In this document: positions 48,562-61,600 of the stretch, piece by piece
Layout of the letters: each line of letters begins with the position of its first letter
Numbering within the stretch: the first letter of the stretch is position 1
The notes under the pieces: generated by a model
Databases searched by the model: none
The model's input: the letters and a program-made list of their open reading frames with translations, nothing else
Told to the model about the DNA's origin: nothing
Made by a program: the position numbers and the translations under genes
Assembly (NCBI GenBank): GCA_035084275.1
Contig: CM068756.1
Span: 14,880,001 to 14,944,000 of the forward strand
Length of the DNA: 64,000 bases
Origin: Hydrolagus colliei
Lineage: Eukaryota
Direction: 5' to 3'

Positions 48562-48793
48562 GTAATATACATACCAGGGGGGATTTCCCTTCTGAAGGAC
48601 CATTGAAAACATTGAAAAGGACTGTGTTGTTTATAAATATTTAAGAATGATTTTCAATTCATTTCTTACCTGTTTGCCTGCTTCACCAATACAAAGCACC
48701 AAAGCAATGCAAGTAACATAGTGTACCAGCCATGTTGTCTTGATAACCCATACATTAGGGTAACAGTTCAAAGTTGCAGTTCGTGATTTACAG

Positions 48794-48904
48794 GCAATGC
48801 AAGGAGGAGGTGATGAGATTGTGACATACATCACACTGGATTTGAAAAGTTTCAGTAAATTGTCAACACCTAAACATCGTGAAGATAGCACAGTTTACGC
48901 CAAG
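48794..48904 (+). CDS. R5 exon 6: ITIM VTYITL plus TVYAK(I)
   Basis: tttacag|AMQGGGDEIVTYITLDLKSFSKLSTPKHREDSTVYAK|GTAAAT, 111 nt. Confidence 0.85.
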
Positions 48905-48964
48905 GTAAATCTGAAAAAAACATAACATTAACATATACAATCATATAATTCAAACTGAAGATTT

Positions 48965-49260
48965 GCAAGAATAGTATGAGGAAGCTGGACAAGTCTGTTT
49001 ACATTGGAGCAAAGTTGATTGAGAGGGGATTTGACAAAGGTGTACAAAATTAGGAATGATTTGACAGTGTATAAAGAAAGAAGCTATTCCCAATGATAAG
49101 GGAGTCAGCAGATAGAGGACGTATAAGATAGTGTAAAGAATAGTGAAAGGAAAGTTTAGCAGATATTTTTCACACATGTAGTTGTTTTGATAAACTGGTA
49201 GAGGCAGAGTCTATTGTGAGTTGAAAGAGAAAAATCGAAAGGGGCATTAAATATATGCTT
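48965..49260 (+). mobile_element. Degraded CR1 3' fragment
   Basis: ttgagaggggatttgac...gtgtacaaaatt; gaggac...atagtg resemble CR1 RGDL..VYKI. Confidence 0.55.
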
Positions 49261-49968
49261 TATTGGGCCTCTCGACTAACTACACAGGTCCTCGACAAGT
49301 TATCCCAAATATAGTTTAATTATGTGTGAGCCAAGACAATGAGTGATTGCAGCAAATTAGGCTACTCGATAGATATCACAAATGAATGGATGCTGTCACA
49401 CACACCTCTTTCCAACATACATTTCAATCAATCAAAACTTACATTTATATAGTGCCTTTCACATCGAGAGGACGTCCGAAGGTGCTGTGCAGTCAGGGTA
49501 GAGACAAGAGCAGGAGGGGGATTGGGGTAAGATGAAGCAGCATAGGAAAATTGACTGTATATTTGTGGGCAAAATGCGGCAGCGAAATTGCACACAACAC
49601 AAACAGTCATGGGAGTGGAATTAGGGGAGAAAGGGGGGAAAGATGGCAGGGGTCAGGTAAGGGGAAGGAGAGCAGGAAACCTAACTGTATATTTGTGGGT
49701 GAACAAAACAAAAGTTTTGGCAAACTTACTGAGAGTACCCGTTTCCCTTCCAAGACAAGGGATGTTGAGGTCATTTCCCACCGTCCAGACAACTCAGAGA
49801 GGGAGTTGTGTTCCCCTTGGTTTCTACAGATTGGTTTGAGCAGTTGGTTTTACAATTGAGCAAAACGACAAATCATGGTGGCAAATCAATGTGTTTACTT
49901 GTTTTACTGTATTGAAATTTTCAACTAAAGACTAAATTAATTAAATTCCAATTCCTCGGCTTTCATAG

Positions 49969-50085
49969 ATCAAGAAAAAGGCGGAAGGTCACAATGAGGT
50001 GTGTGCTGCTTCCGAGTTTTCTGACCCGAACAATGTAGTAAAACCTAAGAGAACTGACCCAAATACAGTATATGCTACAGTGCAG
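49969..50085 (+). CDS. R5 exon 7: first Tyr lost (Y to C), ITSM TVYATV
   Basis: tttcatag|IKKKAEGHNEVCAASEFSDPNNVVKPKRTDPNTVYATVQ|GTGAGA, 117 nt. Confidence 0.85.
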
Positions 50086-50420
50086 GTGAGAAACCATGAA
50101 CGACATTGGAGGGCATTTGTAGGGAAAGAAAATCAATTATACCTTGCATTGTTAGCTGCGCCAGCTGATCATTAGAGCATATCAATGTGTAAATTAATCA
50201 CCCCACATACAAATATATTAATGGATGTCGAGTTAAATTACTGTTCAATTGTGGATTGAATCAGGTACACCTATAATGATGATGGCAAGGAACAGTTGGC
50301 TTTATCAGCTGAGATATGGGAATAACCAAGGTGGAGATTCATATTGGTAATTCCTACGATATCTTTTTGCATAGAGAGTCAATCAACTAAATTAGCAATC
50401 CTTGTATTTTACTGAGCAAG

Positions 50421-50531
50421 CAAGGGGCGGCTGGTACCATGCCAACATATGCTGCTCTTGATTTTTATGACTCCAAGAAAATGCATAATCATACCCGCAG
50501 TGATGTAAATATGGTGTATGCCGAGATACAG
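50421..50531 (+). CDS. R5 exon 8: PTYAAL plus MVYAEI; acceptor altered, start uncertain
   Basis: QGAAGTMPTYAALDFYDSKKMHNHTRSDVNMVYAEIQ|GTGAGA; the in-frame acceptor would be aag at 50418-50420. Confidence 0.7.
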
Positions 50532-51239
50532 GTGAGAAGGAAGAGCAGAGTAATCTACAGAAACTAAGACCTAATGTCACAATCCTCAGTATATCAGTTA
50601 TATTCTCTGTAATGGTGAGTCAGTTCAGTTATGCCAATGTTGTGCTGTTGGTGCATTGCTATGATTCAAAGACCAGACAGTAGTTTAAGAATCAGAGAAT
50701 CGTGCCAGAGAGCAATAGATCATTCTTCCCAATCCAATTTGCACTAATTTTCTTTCCACACCAATTAACCCAATCTGAAACTTACATTCATTCAGCTTTT
50801 CCCACTTTTCCTTCCCATTCCTTTGCTTAGAGAATTCGGCCTTCTTCCCCACACTTTGCATGAAGAATTCATGATTATCTTAAATTTGTGCCCTCTAGTA
50901 ACTGAACCAGCTGCGTTTTCTTCCAGCCATCCCAGCAAATCTAAATCTCCTGTTCACTCCCTAACCCCATGTTGGAGTCCTGTGCCCCGGGACATGATTG
51001 TGCACAAATGGCCGTTACCTTTTGCCCAAAATATACAATCAATTCACTTTACAGTATATTCTGTGAGGCACTTTGAGATGTCTTGAGGATGTGAAAAGCG
51101 CTATATCAAATGCAAGGATTGTTATTGGTATTTACTATGCATTGACCTAGAGATATACCTGGGAAACTTATCAGTTTTTTTTTTATCAAGTTTGGATAAA
51201 GGAATAAGCTGACAATACTACTGAATATTGACTTTACAG

Positions 51240-51439
51240 GCCAAGCAAGCGGCAGCTGCTAACAAGCATACGCTGCTTTAGAATTTTATACCTCCAAGGA
51301 AACAAGCAAACCTAAACAGAGCAACAAGAATACAGAGTATGCCAAGTTCCAGGTGAGAAAACAAAAAGGAGCAATAGAGGCAAACTCAACAGATCATGAC
51401 TTACGTAATCTTGCAATGATAAGTGCAGAAGATGATTAA
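51240..51439 (+). CDS. R5 terminal exon with a 4-nt deletion (stop at 51279-51281; ancestral frame to 51439)
   Basis: actttacag|AKQAAAANK; TGAC missing relative to R6 63953. Repaired frame: LTYAALEFYTSKETSKPKQSNKNTEYAKFQVRK...EDD*. AATAAA at 51691 and 51802. Confidence 0.75.
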
Positions 51440-52699
51440 TGTACAGTACAATACAGTCATTCCATACAATGCGCAATATTGTCCCATCTTCTAAATCAAT
51501 TGCATCTGTCAAATACAGCTATAGTTATCTGTGGTTTTTGAATATTTTAGGCAGTTTCTTGCAATGAACTACTCGTGGTTAAATTTATTTCTGGATTTAA
51601 GTACTGAAATGTGAAGTTTTATATTTATCTGAAAATGTCATCAGATCTAACTAGTGAATTATTTAATCCAGAAACAGTCATTTGTCGCATAATAAATAAA
51701 CTTCAAAAACATAAAAACTCTAATCAATTTAAATAATTTTGGATTCATGTTTGATCACCTTTTTAGGTCATAATGTATCTTGTTTTGTGAACTTTTCCAA
51801 CAATAAACAATTCGGAAGCAAAACTTGTGTGCTTTCTGCTTTAATCACATTATTTGTTTGCAATATTCACCAAATGTGGGATGTGTTAGCTTGAAATCAC
51901 ATTTGTAAAATATCAAAATAGGTCAACATAGCTCAATTGGACCTTCAGCAATGAAAAGATTGAGATGTGGGTGTTGTACCTGTGAAATATCTGCTAAACT
52001 GTGCAAAACAGGAAGTGATTGGGCTTTCACTCCTGTTGTTTTTTTTGTGGTTGATGAGACTGATACTAATTGATTCCATTGCAGCTGGAGCATTCTCAGC
52101 TGAACAGAGTGTGATTTTATGAATTTTCTTCCATCACTAGTGGTTTTTGCAATATTCAGCAGTTGCTATGTGTACGTAGCTAACAGGCCTGAATTCTACC
52201 TATTGGCAGCCTTTAACACTGATACATTTTTATTATGTAATATTAATATGTATTACATTTATTTTGTGGACTAATAATTAATAGATTAATATGTAGACAT
52301 TGCAACACTTATAATCAGTTTTAATTGAAGAGTTGTTTCTTGCTTGAAGCCTTTGGACCTACTCCTGACATGAAAGGCGCTCTATAATATAATTTTTGTG
52401 TTGCTGTTTTGTTAAGAATGACTGGAAACCACCTGCTGGGACTGTATTGAGGAATCTTGAATGTTAAAATCAATCTGAAATCACATTAGTAAAGGCCGAA
52501 TCGTTTAAGATTAATGCAATCAGGTGCAGCAAATTCAAAAATGAACTCATTCTGTGCAGCTTCTGCACTTCCCTTTCATTATCTGGGCACTCTACTGGAC
52601 TCCACACTGGACTCACTTTAAACTCACTTTAACCCTTATTAATATATCAATTTGGTAGCCCTACTTTTTACCTGTGCCATTCAATTATTCCTTGTAATG

Positions 52700-52990
52700 C
52701 TCCTGCTTTAGCAGCAGATTTAAGACAGCATGTTCTTGGCTGATATTACCGTATGTTGCTGTGGGGAATGCTGCATTGTTTAAGGTGATATCATTGGCAT
52801 CGTACAGTAGGAAGCCCACTCTCCCTATTCTGCATGTTAAAAAAAAAGCTTCTGTCGGTGTCCAGCTAAGTTGTCAATCACCTTATGGCTGTTTGTGGAA
52901 TTTTGCTGTGCACAAAATTGCTGTCAAATTTGCTTAGAAAATACAATCACTATATTTAACATTCATTAGTGTAAATCATTTGTGAGTTTT
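52700..52990 (+). mobile_element. Old DeuSINE-like element
   Basis: ggctgtttgtggaattttgctgtgcacaaaattgctg core. Confidence 0.5.
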
Positions 52991-54265
52991 CAACTGTATT
53001 GGTGCTAAAAGAAATGAATAGTTTATTTTCTGCGTAAGGAATATCTCCCTAAGACTGACATCAGGATGAGATACTCTAACCCAAAGGATCAAATCGGATG
53101 GGGAAAGAAAGCAAGATACCAATGGAATGGTGTGCATCTATAACAAATCAGGAACAAAAAAGGGGAAATAAATGGACGGGCGATAGTAGAAAGGTGAAGG
53201 ATATAGATACGGTTTTAAGTTGTTAATGTAGATACAGTAATATTTTGTATGCTAATAAGTGAAGAACAACATTTTAAAAGGTGCTGATGGCTATCAAGAG
53301 GTATGCTGCATGGTAGTTTGCAAATTTGGAAGAGAGACACCACCGCCCCCATGTGATATTTCATCTTAAAGAACCTGTTGCGGGGGCTGAACAGCTACTA
53401 ACCACATATTCAGTATTCAGGGCTTCTTGCAAACATACAAAACCACTTGATCAATCTTACTTGTCTGCATCTCATACCTATCTATTCAACCAGCTTTCAT
53501 TTCACACAATGAACCAATCATATAACGTTCTGCTTTTACAGACCATGTAAGGAATATTCGAATATTGACATGCCCTGATAGAGAGAGAAAATGTTTCTAA
53601 GACCGATGAAAAGCTGAACAGAAACAGAGAAATTCGGAGTAAAATACATAGCAGAATTAGCATAACAGAGAGAAACAAAAACCAAAGAAACATAAACAGC
53701 TTTAATAGGTTATTAAAATGTACTAAATATATATTCAGAAACATTTTATTGCAGTAACCATCATCTTGTCACCTATTGATTTGCATTCTATATTGAATAT
53801 GGTATCCATTATTGGTTTTATGGCTCTTTGGGGGTCATCTGCTGACAAGTTTGGGGTTAAAGCGCTCTGAGACACCGTCCAGCATGGAGGGCATTATATA
53901 AATCTAAGTTGTTGTTGTTTTTGTGGTTTATTGTTGTAGCTGAGGCAGACAATATGTTATTTTCTGCAGTTCAAAAAATTATTATCGGCTTTCCTGTTCC
54001 TCAGGAAATCTACTGCATGCGGCTTGAAACAGAACCCAATTATTTTCTTGCAGACCTCAGCACACAAACACTTTCCACCATTAACTGTTGGTTGGCTTCA
54101 TTGTTGGGAAACTGCCTTGGGTTCTGATGTCATATACAGCGCACCCCAGTGTCACCTCAACTATTAACAGGCAGATGAGCACCAGCCTTGGCTGGTATTG
54201 AGACTGGAATTTTCGCCTGTGTTACATATTCCCGACTGTGAATGCGCCACCTGAGTAGACATTGC

Positions 54266-54880
54266 AACATAAGAACATAAGAATTAGGAGCAAGAGTCGG
54301 CCATTCGAGCCTGCTCCGCCATTCAACAAGATCATGGCTGATCTTCTCACCTAACTTTGATTACCTGCCCTATCCCCATATCCCCTAATCCTTCTATTGT
54401 TCAAAAATCTATCAGTCTCAGCCTTGAAAATGTTCAAGGACTGAGCATCTACAGCCTTCTGGGGGAGTGAATTCCATAAATTCACTACCCTTGAGTGAAG
54501 AAATATTTCCTCAACTCTGTTCTAAAAGGCTGACCCTTAATTTTAAGACTGTGACCCCTGGTTATAGATTCTCCTACCAGGGGAAACAGTCCCTCAGTGC
54601 CTACTCCATCTAGCCCTTTAAGAATCTTATATGTTTCAATAAGATCCCCCCTAATTCTTCTGTACTCTAGAGAGTATAGCCCTAGTTTATTTAACCTATC
54701 CTCATAGGTCAGTCCCCTCATCCCTGGAACTAACCTAGTGAATCTACGCTGCACCCCCTTACTCTCTAAGGCAAGTATGTCCTTTTTTAAATAAGGAGAC
54801 CAAAACTGCACACAATACTCTAGGTGCGGTCTCACCAGAGCCCTATACAGTTGCAGCAACACTTCCCTACTCTTATACTC
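54266..54880 (-). mobile_element. CR1 3' fragment (second family, acataaga tail)
   Basis: ORF 54485-54946: LYRALVRPHLEYCVQFWSP, RGDLIETYKI. Confidence 0.9.
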
Positions 54881-55699
54881 ATGTTTTGATGTAAAAAGTT
54901 TTGGATATTGTTTTACAGAAGCGTTTGTGGGATGATTGAAACACATTTCTGGCTATGCAGCGTTCTCGACTTATTGCTAAGAATTTCAGTATTCTCAACT
55001 AAATGATAAAGCTCTTAAACTTATAGAAGGAACTTGAAACGGAACCATAGCACCCGACGCTTTTCTTTCCAACACTTACACTGTTCTTGTCATTGGCTCA
55101 AAGTTTTGTTCACAGAAGATTTAAACCCAGTTATCTCTGAAGCACAACACACTTGTGATCAGTTGAAATCTGTTAACGCATATACCGTACTCACCTTGTC
55201 TTTGGGGTTAATTTGGATGCGAGTGTGGAAACCACAATCGGTTGCTGCAGAGACAAGTGTGACATCAACTGAGCTGCGTTTACACCAAAACCACAATGTT
55301 ATTATTCATTGATCACAACCTTATCACAATGCTCTCCACCTCCCCATCTATCTACAGTATTTCCAATCTGCCCTGAACTCTTCACCTCACCGCGATCACG
55401 AAACCTTAGGTGCCCAGCGTCACAGAATTATTCAACATAATTCTCGTACGTGTGTTCCTCTAAAGTAAACAAAAGCATTTCGACATCACATCTAGTTATT
55501 TTTGAGAGAACCACGTAGGTTTATGTTTCCTTCACTTCAAAAAATGAACGGTAGATGGAAGCACCACTGTATCATACTGGTACTTAATCGTGCAATCTGC
55601 AGAATCATTTCAGTACACATTTAACTCCTCCCATCTCCAGCTGCTCAATATTGATAATAATAATAATCATAATCCTCCCATTTGATAAAGTTTTGATCA

Positions 55700-55960
55700 C
55701 CAGGTGAAAGCGCTTCACTGGATTTAAGGCACTGACGTTTCACAGTAGTTGAAAGCCGCAGTAAATTTGCCCAAAGCAAAGTCGCACAAACAGACAGGAA
55801 ATAAATTCCAAAACATTTGTTATTTACCTTAGGATGTATGATCAGGACATGGTGAGAATATTCATTCTGTTTTCCAGTAGAGACATAGGATGTTTTAAAC
55901 CAGCTAAGAGGCAAAACGGACCTCTGGTAAATGGGACACTCGAAGGATAGCACCTCAAGG
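55700..55960 (-). mobile_element. Old DeuSINE-like element followed by the 5' half of a tRNA SINE (55958-56075, +)
   Basis: ggtgctatccttcgagtgtc on minus; ggagtcctgtagctcagtggttagagc on plus. Confidence 0.6.
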
Positions 55961-56594
55961 AGTCCTGTAGCTCAGTGGTTAGAGCATGCACCTCACATGC
56001 GAAAAACCTGGGTTCGATTCTAGGCAGGGTGAAACCTTGGATAAGTTTCCATACTCCATAAGCCTAATAAAAATCCTTCAAAAAAGAGTCATGCCTCAGA
56101 ATTCATCATTATTGGAAAATTTCACAAAACATGATAAGGTATTACTTTGAAAAAGGTGATAAAGCACAATACAGTGTGACGCCAAAGCCATTTGAACTGA
56201 TCACAGTTTATGTTTTTGAGGCTTGTTTATTGTTGTATTGTGATTATTTCTTAATTAAAGAATTCACAAGTTAGGTCCAATGACATTATCAGATAAATAT
56301 AATGCATTACTGATCAGTACTTAAAACTGGAAATAAATTTCACCAGGACTACTTTTCTAAAAAGAACCACATAAAATATTTAAAGATCACAAATAACTAT
56401 AGTTGTGTTTGACAGATGGAATTTATTTGCAATTTGTGGCATTATTCCACATTGCGTGGAATGATTAACATTGTTCTACTGCCACTTGTACTGATAATCC
56501 TCGCATATGATATCGTCCTTTTCATCTCTTCTAGGCATCTCAAAGCGCTTCAGAGGATTTACAGTAAAGTTAATTTTTAGTGTGAGGAAATGGC

Positions 56595-56745
56595 TTTGAG
56601 AGAGAGTGACTAAGGAACAGAGGTGTGAGAAAGTCTGAGAGAGAGAGAGGCGGGGTGGGGTTGGGGTGGAGCAAGAGTCTGAGAGAGTCTGAGGGAGAAA
56701 GAGAGAGAGACTGAAAGAAATCAAGAGAGAGTGACAGAGAGAATC
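56595..56745 (+). repeat. GA-rich low-complexity tract
   Basis: (ga)n and gagagtct arrays. Confidence 0.7.
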
Positions 56746-56969
56746 CTTGGGCAAGTTTCCTTACTCCCCACGCCTAATAATAATCAATCCTTCAAAACAA
56801 AATTGTTTCAATTTAATCTGTGACTGTTTTGGGACACTGCTGTGTGCACATGGCTGCCACATTTCACCCACACATATACAGTCAATTCACTTTACAGCAT
56901 ATTCTGTAATGTGCTTTAAGATGTCTAGAGGAAAAGTGAAAAGTGCTATATCAAAACACAAGGATTGTT

Positions 56970-57850
56970 ATAACATCAGAATTAGGAGCAGGAGTAGGCC
57001 ATTCGGCCACTCGAGCCTGCCCCATCTTTCAATAAAATCAGGCTGATCTTCTAATCTAATTCCACCCGCCCGCCTTATTTCCATATCCCTTAATCCCTTT
57101 ATCCATACGAAATCTGTCAATTTCAGTCTTGCATATGTTCAAGGACTGAGCATCCCCACAGCCTTTTGGGATGCAGAATTCCATAAATTCACTACCCTCT
57201 GCGTGAAGAAGTTTTTCCTCAACTCAGTGTGAAAAGGCTAACCCCCAATCTTAAGACTATGACCCCTAGTTATAGTTTCTCCAACTAGGGGAAACAGTCT
57301 CCCACTATATTTTCCATCATGCCCCTCAGATCAAGGGGCATGATCTTATAGGTTTCTATAAAATCACCTCTAATTCTTCTATATTCCAAAGAATATGTGC
57401 CTAGATTACCCAACCTATCCTCAGAGCTCAAGCCCCTCATCCCAGGAACTAACCTAGTGAATCTATGCTGCAGCCCCTCTAAGGTGAGTACAGTGTGTCC
57501 TTTCTTAAATAAGGAGACCAAAACTGCACACAATATTCTAGGTGTGGCTATTCTTGCTGCAACTATACAGTTTCAGCAAGACTTCCCTACTCTTATATTC
57601 TAACCCTTTTGTAAAGAATGCCAACATGCCATTGGCCTTCTAGTTGCTTGCTGTACCTGCATATTAACATTTTGTGGCTGTTGTACAAGGACTCCCAAGT
57701 CTCTCTGAACACTAACACTATCTAATCTCTCCTATTTGAGAAAATAATCCACTTTTCTGTTTCTGCTACCTTGGTGAACAACTTCATACTTCTCCACATT
57801 ATATTGTGACTGCCACCTTCTTGCCCACTCACCTAGCCTATCTATATCTA
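56970..57850 (-). mobile_element. CR1 3' fragment, degraded
   Basis: RFTRLVPGMRGLS.EDRL, RGDFIETYKI in ORF 57285-57533. Confidence 0.85.
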
Positions 57851-58354
57851 GAATCCGCATCTATATTACAAGAGAATGGTCTTGAAGTGTTAAAATTTAA
57901 CCGATAATTTTCTAACTCACTGGATTGGATAAAAGCATGGCCAACGATGTCAGAAAGGAAGGATGAGAACCAAACAGTCCTCCTGACGTGAAAGGCGCTA
58001 TACAAGTGTAATTATTTTTCTTGATTTTGTTGTTGTTGTTGTAGGCGGGAGCCAGTCGAGGGGTGGCTATGGGTAATCAGGGTATGTGGAGTTTGTAAAC
58101 GAGTGGAGGATCTTAAAATCGATCTGTTCTGCTATATCTATCAAGTGAAGTCTGGCAAAAGGTTTTGATCACCGCTACATGGGGGATGCCCTTGATCCAG
58201 GTCAAGGGGAAGAGGACAAAAGCAATGAGTACGATCCCACGTGTTCGAGGAATGAGCTATCAATGAGGAATGGATCGTCTGGGCTCTCTAATCTTGTGAA
58301 AAGACGACATGTTCAGCTCTCACTAATACAGCAACTCTCACATAACATGAAAGT

Positions 58355-58500
58355 CTGAAAACATGTTATCAAATCAGAGTGGGAGCCCAGCTGCGGAGCC
58401 CAGGAAGTCAAACATCACTGTCACATCTCATCTCAATCAACTCCAACCCCTGGTCACAGACCAGCCACAGCTTTAAGGTTAGTCTCAGTCACAGATCAGG
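58355..58500 (+). promoter_or_regulatory. R6 proximal promoter/5'UTR
   Basis: Same GATA, E-box and ETS block. Confidence 0.6.
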
Positions 58501-58558
58501 ATGTTGGCGAGTGTTGTGTTTCAGTGTCTGTCTCTCACAGTGTGGATCATTTCTAAAG
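58501..58558 (+). CDS. R6 exon 1: signal peptide
   Basis: Identical 58-nt leader. Confidence 0.9.
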
Positions 58559-58657
58559 GTTTGTGACTATTCACTATCCCAGTGATCTCAAACAGAAAGT
58601 GTGTGTCTCTGTCACAGTATTTTGTTTCAAAACAATGTTTGACTTTATTTCTGACAG

Positions 58658-58963
58658 TTGCTGACAGTACATTGATCACAGGAACACAACAACCCGAACA
58701 GATCACTGTCAACAGAGGTGAAGATGTGACATTCACCTGCACCATATCTCATATACCAAGCATGAACATACACTGGTGGAAACAGGGAAAGTGTGAAAAT
58801 GTACTACTGGATGACAATAAAACATTTCATGTCGAAACTTCTGGAAATGTCTCCCTCAAGCTCCTGGATGCAGCTCACAAGGACTCTGGGATGTATTACT
58901 GTACCATGGTGTTGCAGGGAAGTACAACAGTAAAGGGAACTGGATCATATTTAACGGCTTGTG
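58658..58963 (+). CDS. R6 exon 2: VJ-type V domain
   Basis: 306 nt; VTFTC, HWWKQGKC, DSGMYYC, KGTGSYLTAC. Confidence 0.95.
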
Positions 58964-59783
58964 GTAAGTGTCAATACAAATCAGAGATCGTAATTATTAT
59001 ATTTATTCAAATCATAATTTCCATTCGTATAAGGCCTCTCACTGTTGGGAGAGAATCTTAAAAGCGTAGTACAAACTCTGTGGGGCAGCTGGAGCTGAGA
59101 CCTGAGACCAAGATGGGAGGTTAGAGTGACCGAAAGGACATTCAAACAGAAAGTCTTCAGTCGGGATTGGATAGAGGGAAGGGCGAGAAGGATGGAATTC
59201 GATAAGGAATTCTGGAACTTCGGGAAATCATTGCTGAACACTCCCTGCACATGAAAATTCCCTAAAGCTGGGATGACACAAAGCACTGGGCACAATATCC
59301 AAATTAAGGTTTTCTAATGATTTGTCTAATAATTAGTTCTGTGGTTTTATATTCTGTACTTTTAATAAAACCCTGGATTCCACTTGATTTTTCGCCAGTT
59401 TTGTTCACCTGAACATCCCACATTTTCGTATTGATCTGCATTAACCCCAAGACCCTTTTTTCTTCCACTGTTTTAATGATTATCCTTCGGGGTGGGCGGG
59501 GGAGTGGGGGAGTGACTGGGGTCCCCATGGAGCTGAACTGGCTCCAAAGTGACGCGCCTGGCAACCGAATATCGGAATCGAGCCAACAGGTTATTGGGAA
59601 TTGACTTGAACAATTAAACTTACAGGTGGTGACATCATCATTCCCGTTAAATTTCAGAGAGACAATTCTGTGCACAAAATAGCCCACCATGTACGACCAC
59701 AAATACAGACATTATTCTTTATAGTATATCCTGGGAGGGTATTTATTCGTGATAAGACGTTATATCAAAGATTTTTATTGCAG

Positions 59784-60095
59784 AGCCCGCAATTCCTCTG
59801 AATGTTTCATCCCCATCTCCTCAAAGAGATTCATCTGTGTGTCTGACCCTCGTGTGTGAAACAGCAGAGAGTTTCCCGGAGAATCTCGCCTTCACATGGT
59901 CTAAAGACGGCACCGAAATTACAGCTGGAATAATCACCAATAAACGGCAGAACCTGGAGGGACTGTATGAAGCTTCCAGCTCTGTGGAGGAGACACAGCC
60001 TGTCCAGAATGGGACAGTTTATTCCTGTCGGGCGTCTTATCTCAGTTTCAGGACTCCAGCAATTCGCAACAACACGGTTCAGCGTCCTCCTCAAG
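59784..60095 (+). CDS. R6 exon 3: C1-set domain
   Basis: ttattgcag|AG CCC...CAA G|GTAGGA, 312 nt; SVCLTLVCETAESFPENLAFTWSK...YSCRASY. Confidence 0.9.
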
Positions 60096-61070
60096 GTAGG
60101 AATACAACAGTTTCAATGTAATTAGTGTTAACTGTCTTTCAGGGTAATCTTTCCTTCATTTAATTCACACTGCGAACCGTATCTGTGTAATTTGCTTCAT
60201 GTAAAATATAAATCGCTTGCACATTTTAATGTCTACTATTTGAATTCACACGATTGCAAGATTATAGCCTTTGCTCTTGAAAATATTAACAATGCAGATT
60301 TCAAACAAGTAACATCCAATATATTGTACGCAACAGTGCGAGTATGAAACTTGAATTTACATTCCATTTCTAAATTGCGCACTGATATGATGTTCCTTCT
60401 ATTTCATCGCAAGGTCTGTCTTGAAAAGCCTTAATGTTAAATGATCTTCATAAAGTGATCTGCTCTCAGGCTATTTGCGATGATGACTTTGTTAGGACTT
60501 CAGTTCCATGATTTCTCTGGAGCTGCAGCTGAGTCTGGAAGATATCCCTGCTGATGATGGTGTCCAGGAAACCTTGTTTCATTAATAGATGTTTCTATCT
60601 ACAGCTATCTTCCTCAGAAATAACCAAGACAACTGCCACCGATCGCCTAAAGCATAGATTCAAAAAACACTTGACAATATAGTTTCCTACAAAACGCTTT
60701 GAGGCGCCTGCATGGTACAAGGCGCTATATCAAATGCAAAGATTATACTAATATTATTTTTATTGACGAGTGGTTTCATTGTCTCGCTACAAAATAATTT
60801 GTTTGTTCTCTCATCTACACTACTCTCCATAATCGAAAGCATTATTTTAAACCGGTAAAACATCATCCGATCACGGAGCTGGAAACAAGTCACATGAAAC
60901 ATCCCAGGTTCTCTATTTATCCATTATTCTTATACGGAAAAACGTGACATTGTTTTTTTTGTCGTAAAACACTTGTTACTGGAGAATTGTGCAATCGTTA
61001 AATCTGTAAGTCTTTGGATCACAATTTCAGGCCAACAAACCCCCCACATCAAATTGTTGGCTTTCTCTGC

Positions 61071-61414
61071 GATTATAATAATAATAATAATAATCCTTGC
61101 ATTTGATATAGCGCTTTTCACATCTTATCAACGTCCCAAAGCGCTTCACAGAATATACTGTAAAGTGAATTGACTGTATATTTGTGGGCGAATCGCGGCA
61201 GCCAATTGCGCACAGCAGTGTACCCCACACAGTCGTGGATTGAAATGACCAATTTTATTATTGTGGTTTTTTTTGGAGGGATTATTATTGGGTGTGTGGA
61301 GTAAGGAAACTTGCCCAAGGTTTCGCCCTCGCCTGGATTCGAACACAGGTCTCCCCAGCTTGGTCTCCCCAGCTTGCAAGACAAGTGCTCTAACCACTGA
61401 GCCACAGGAGCTCC
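61071..61414 (-). mobile_element. tRNA-derived SINE, full length
   Basis: ggagctcctgtggctcagtggttagagc, gttcgaatcc, core, (att)n tail. Confidence 0.9.
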
Positions 61415-61600
61415 ACAATTGTAGGGCAACGCTATGCAGAAATTGACTGCACCAAAAATACACCAAAAATACACATTCGCAACAGATTACAGTACATGTG
61501 AATCATGTGGTGGGATTTGGGACACCTTGATGATACGATACGGTATGACATTATGTCAAATGCACAAATTATTATATCATAATTATGATCTTATCTATAG

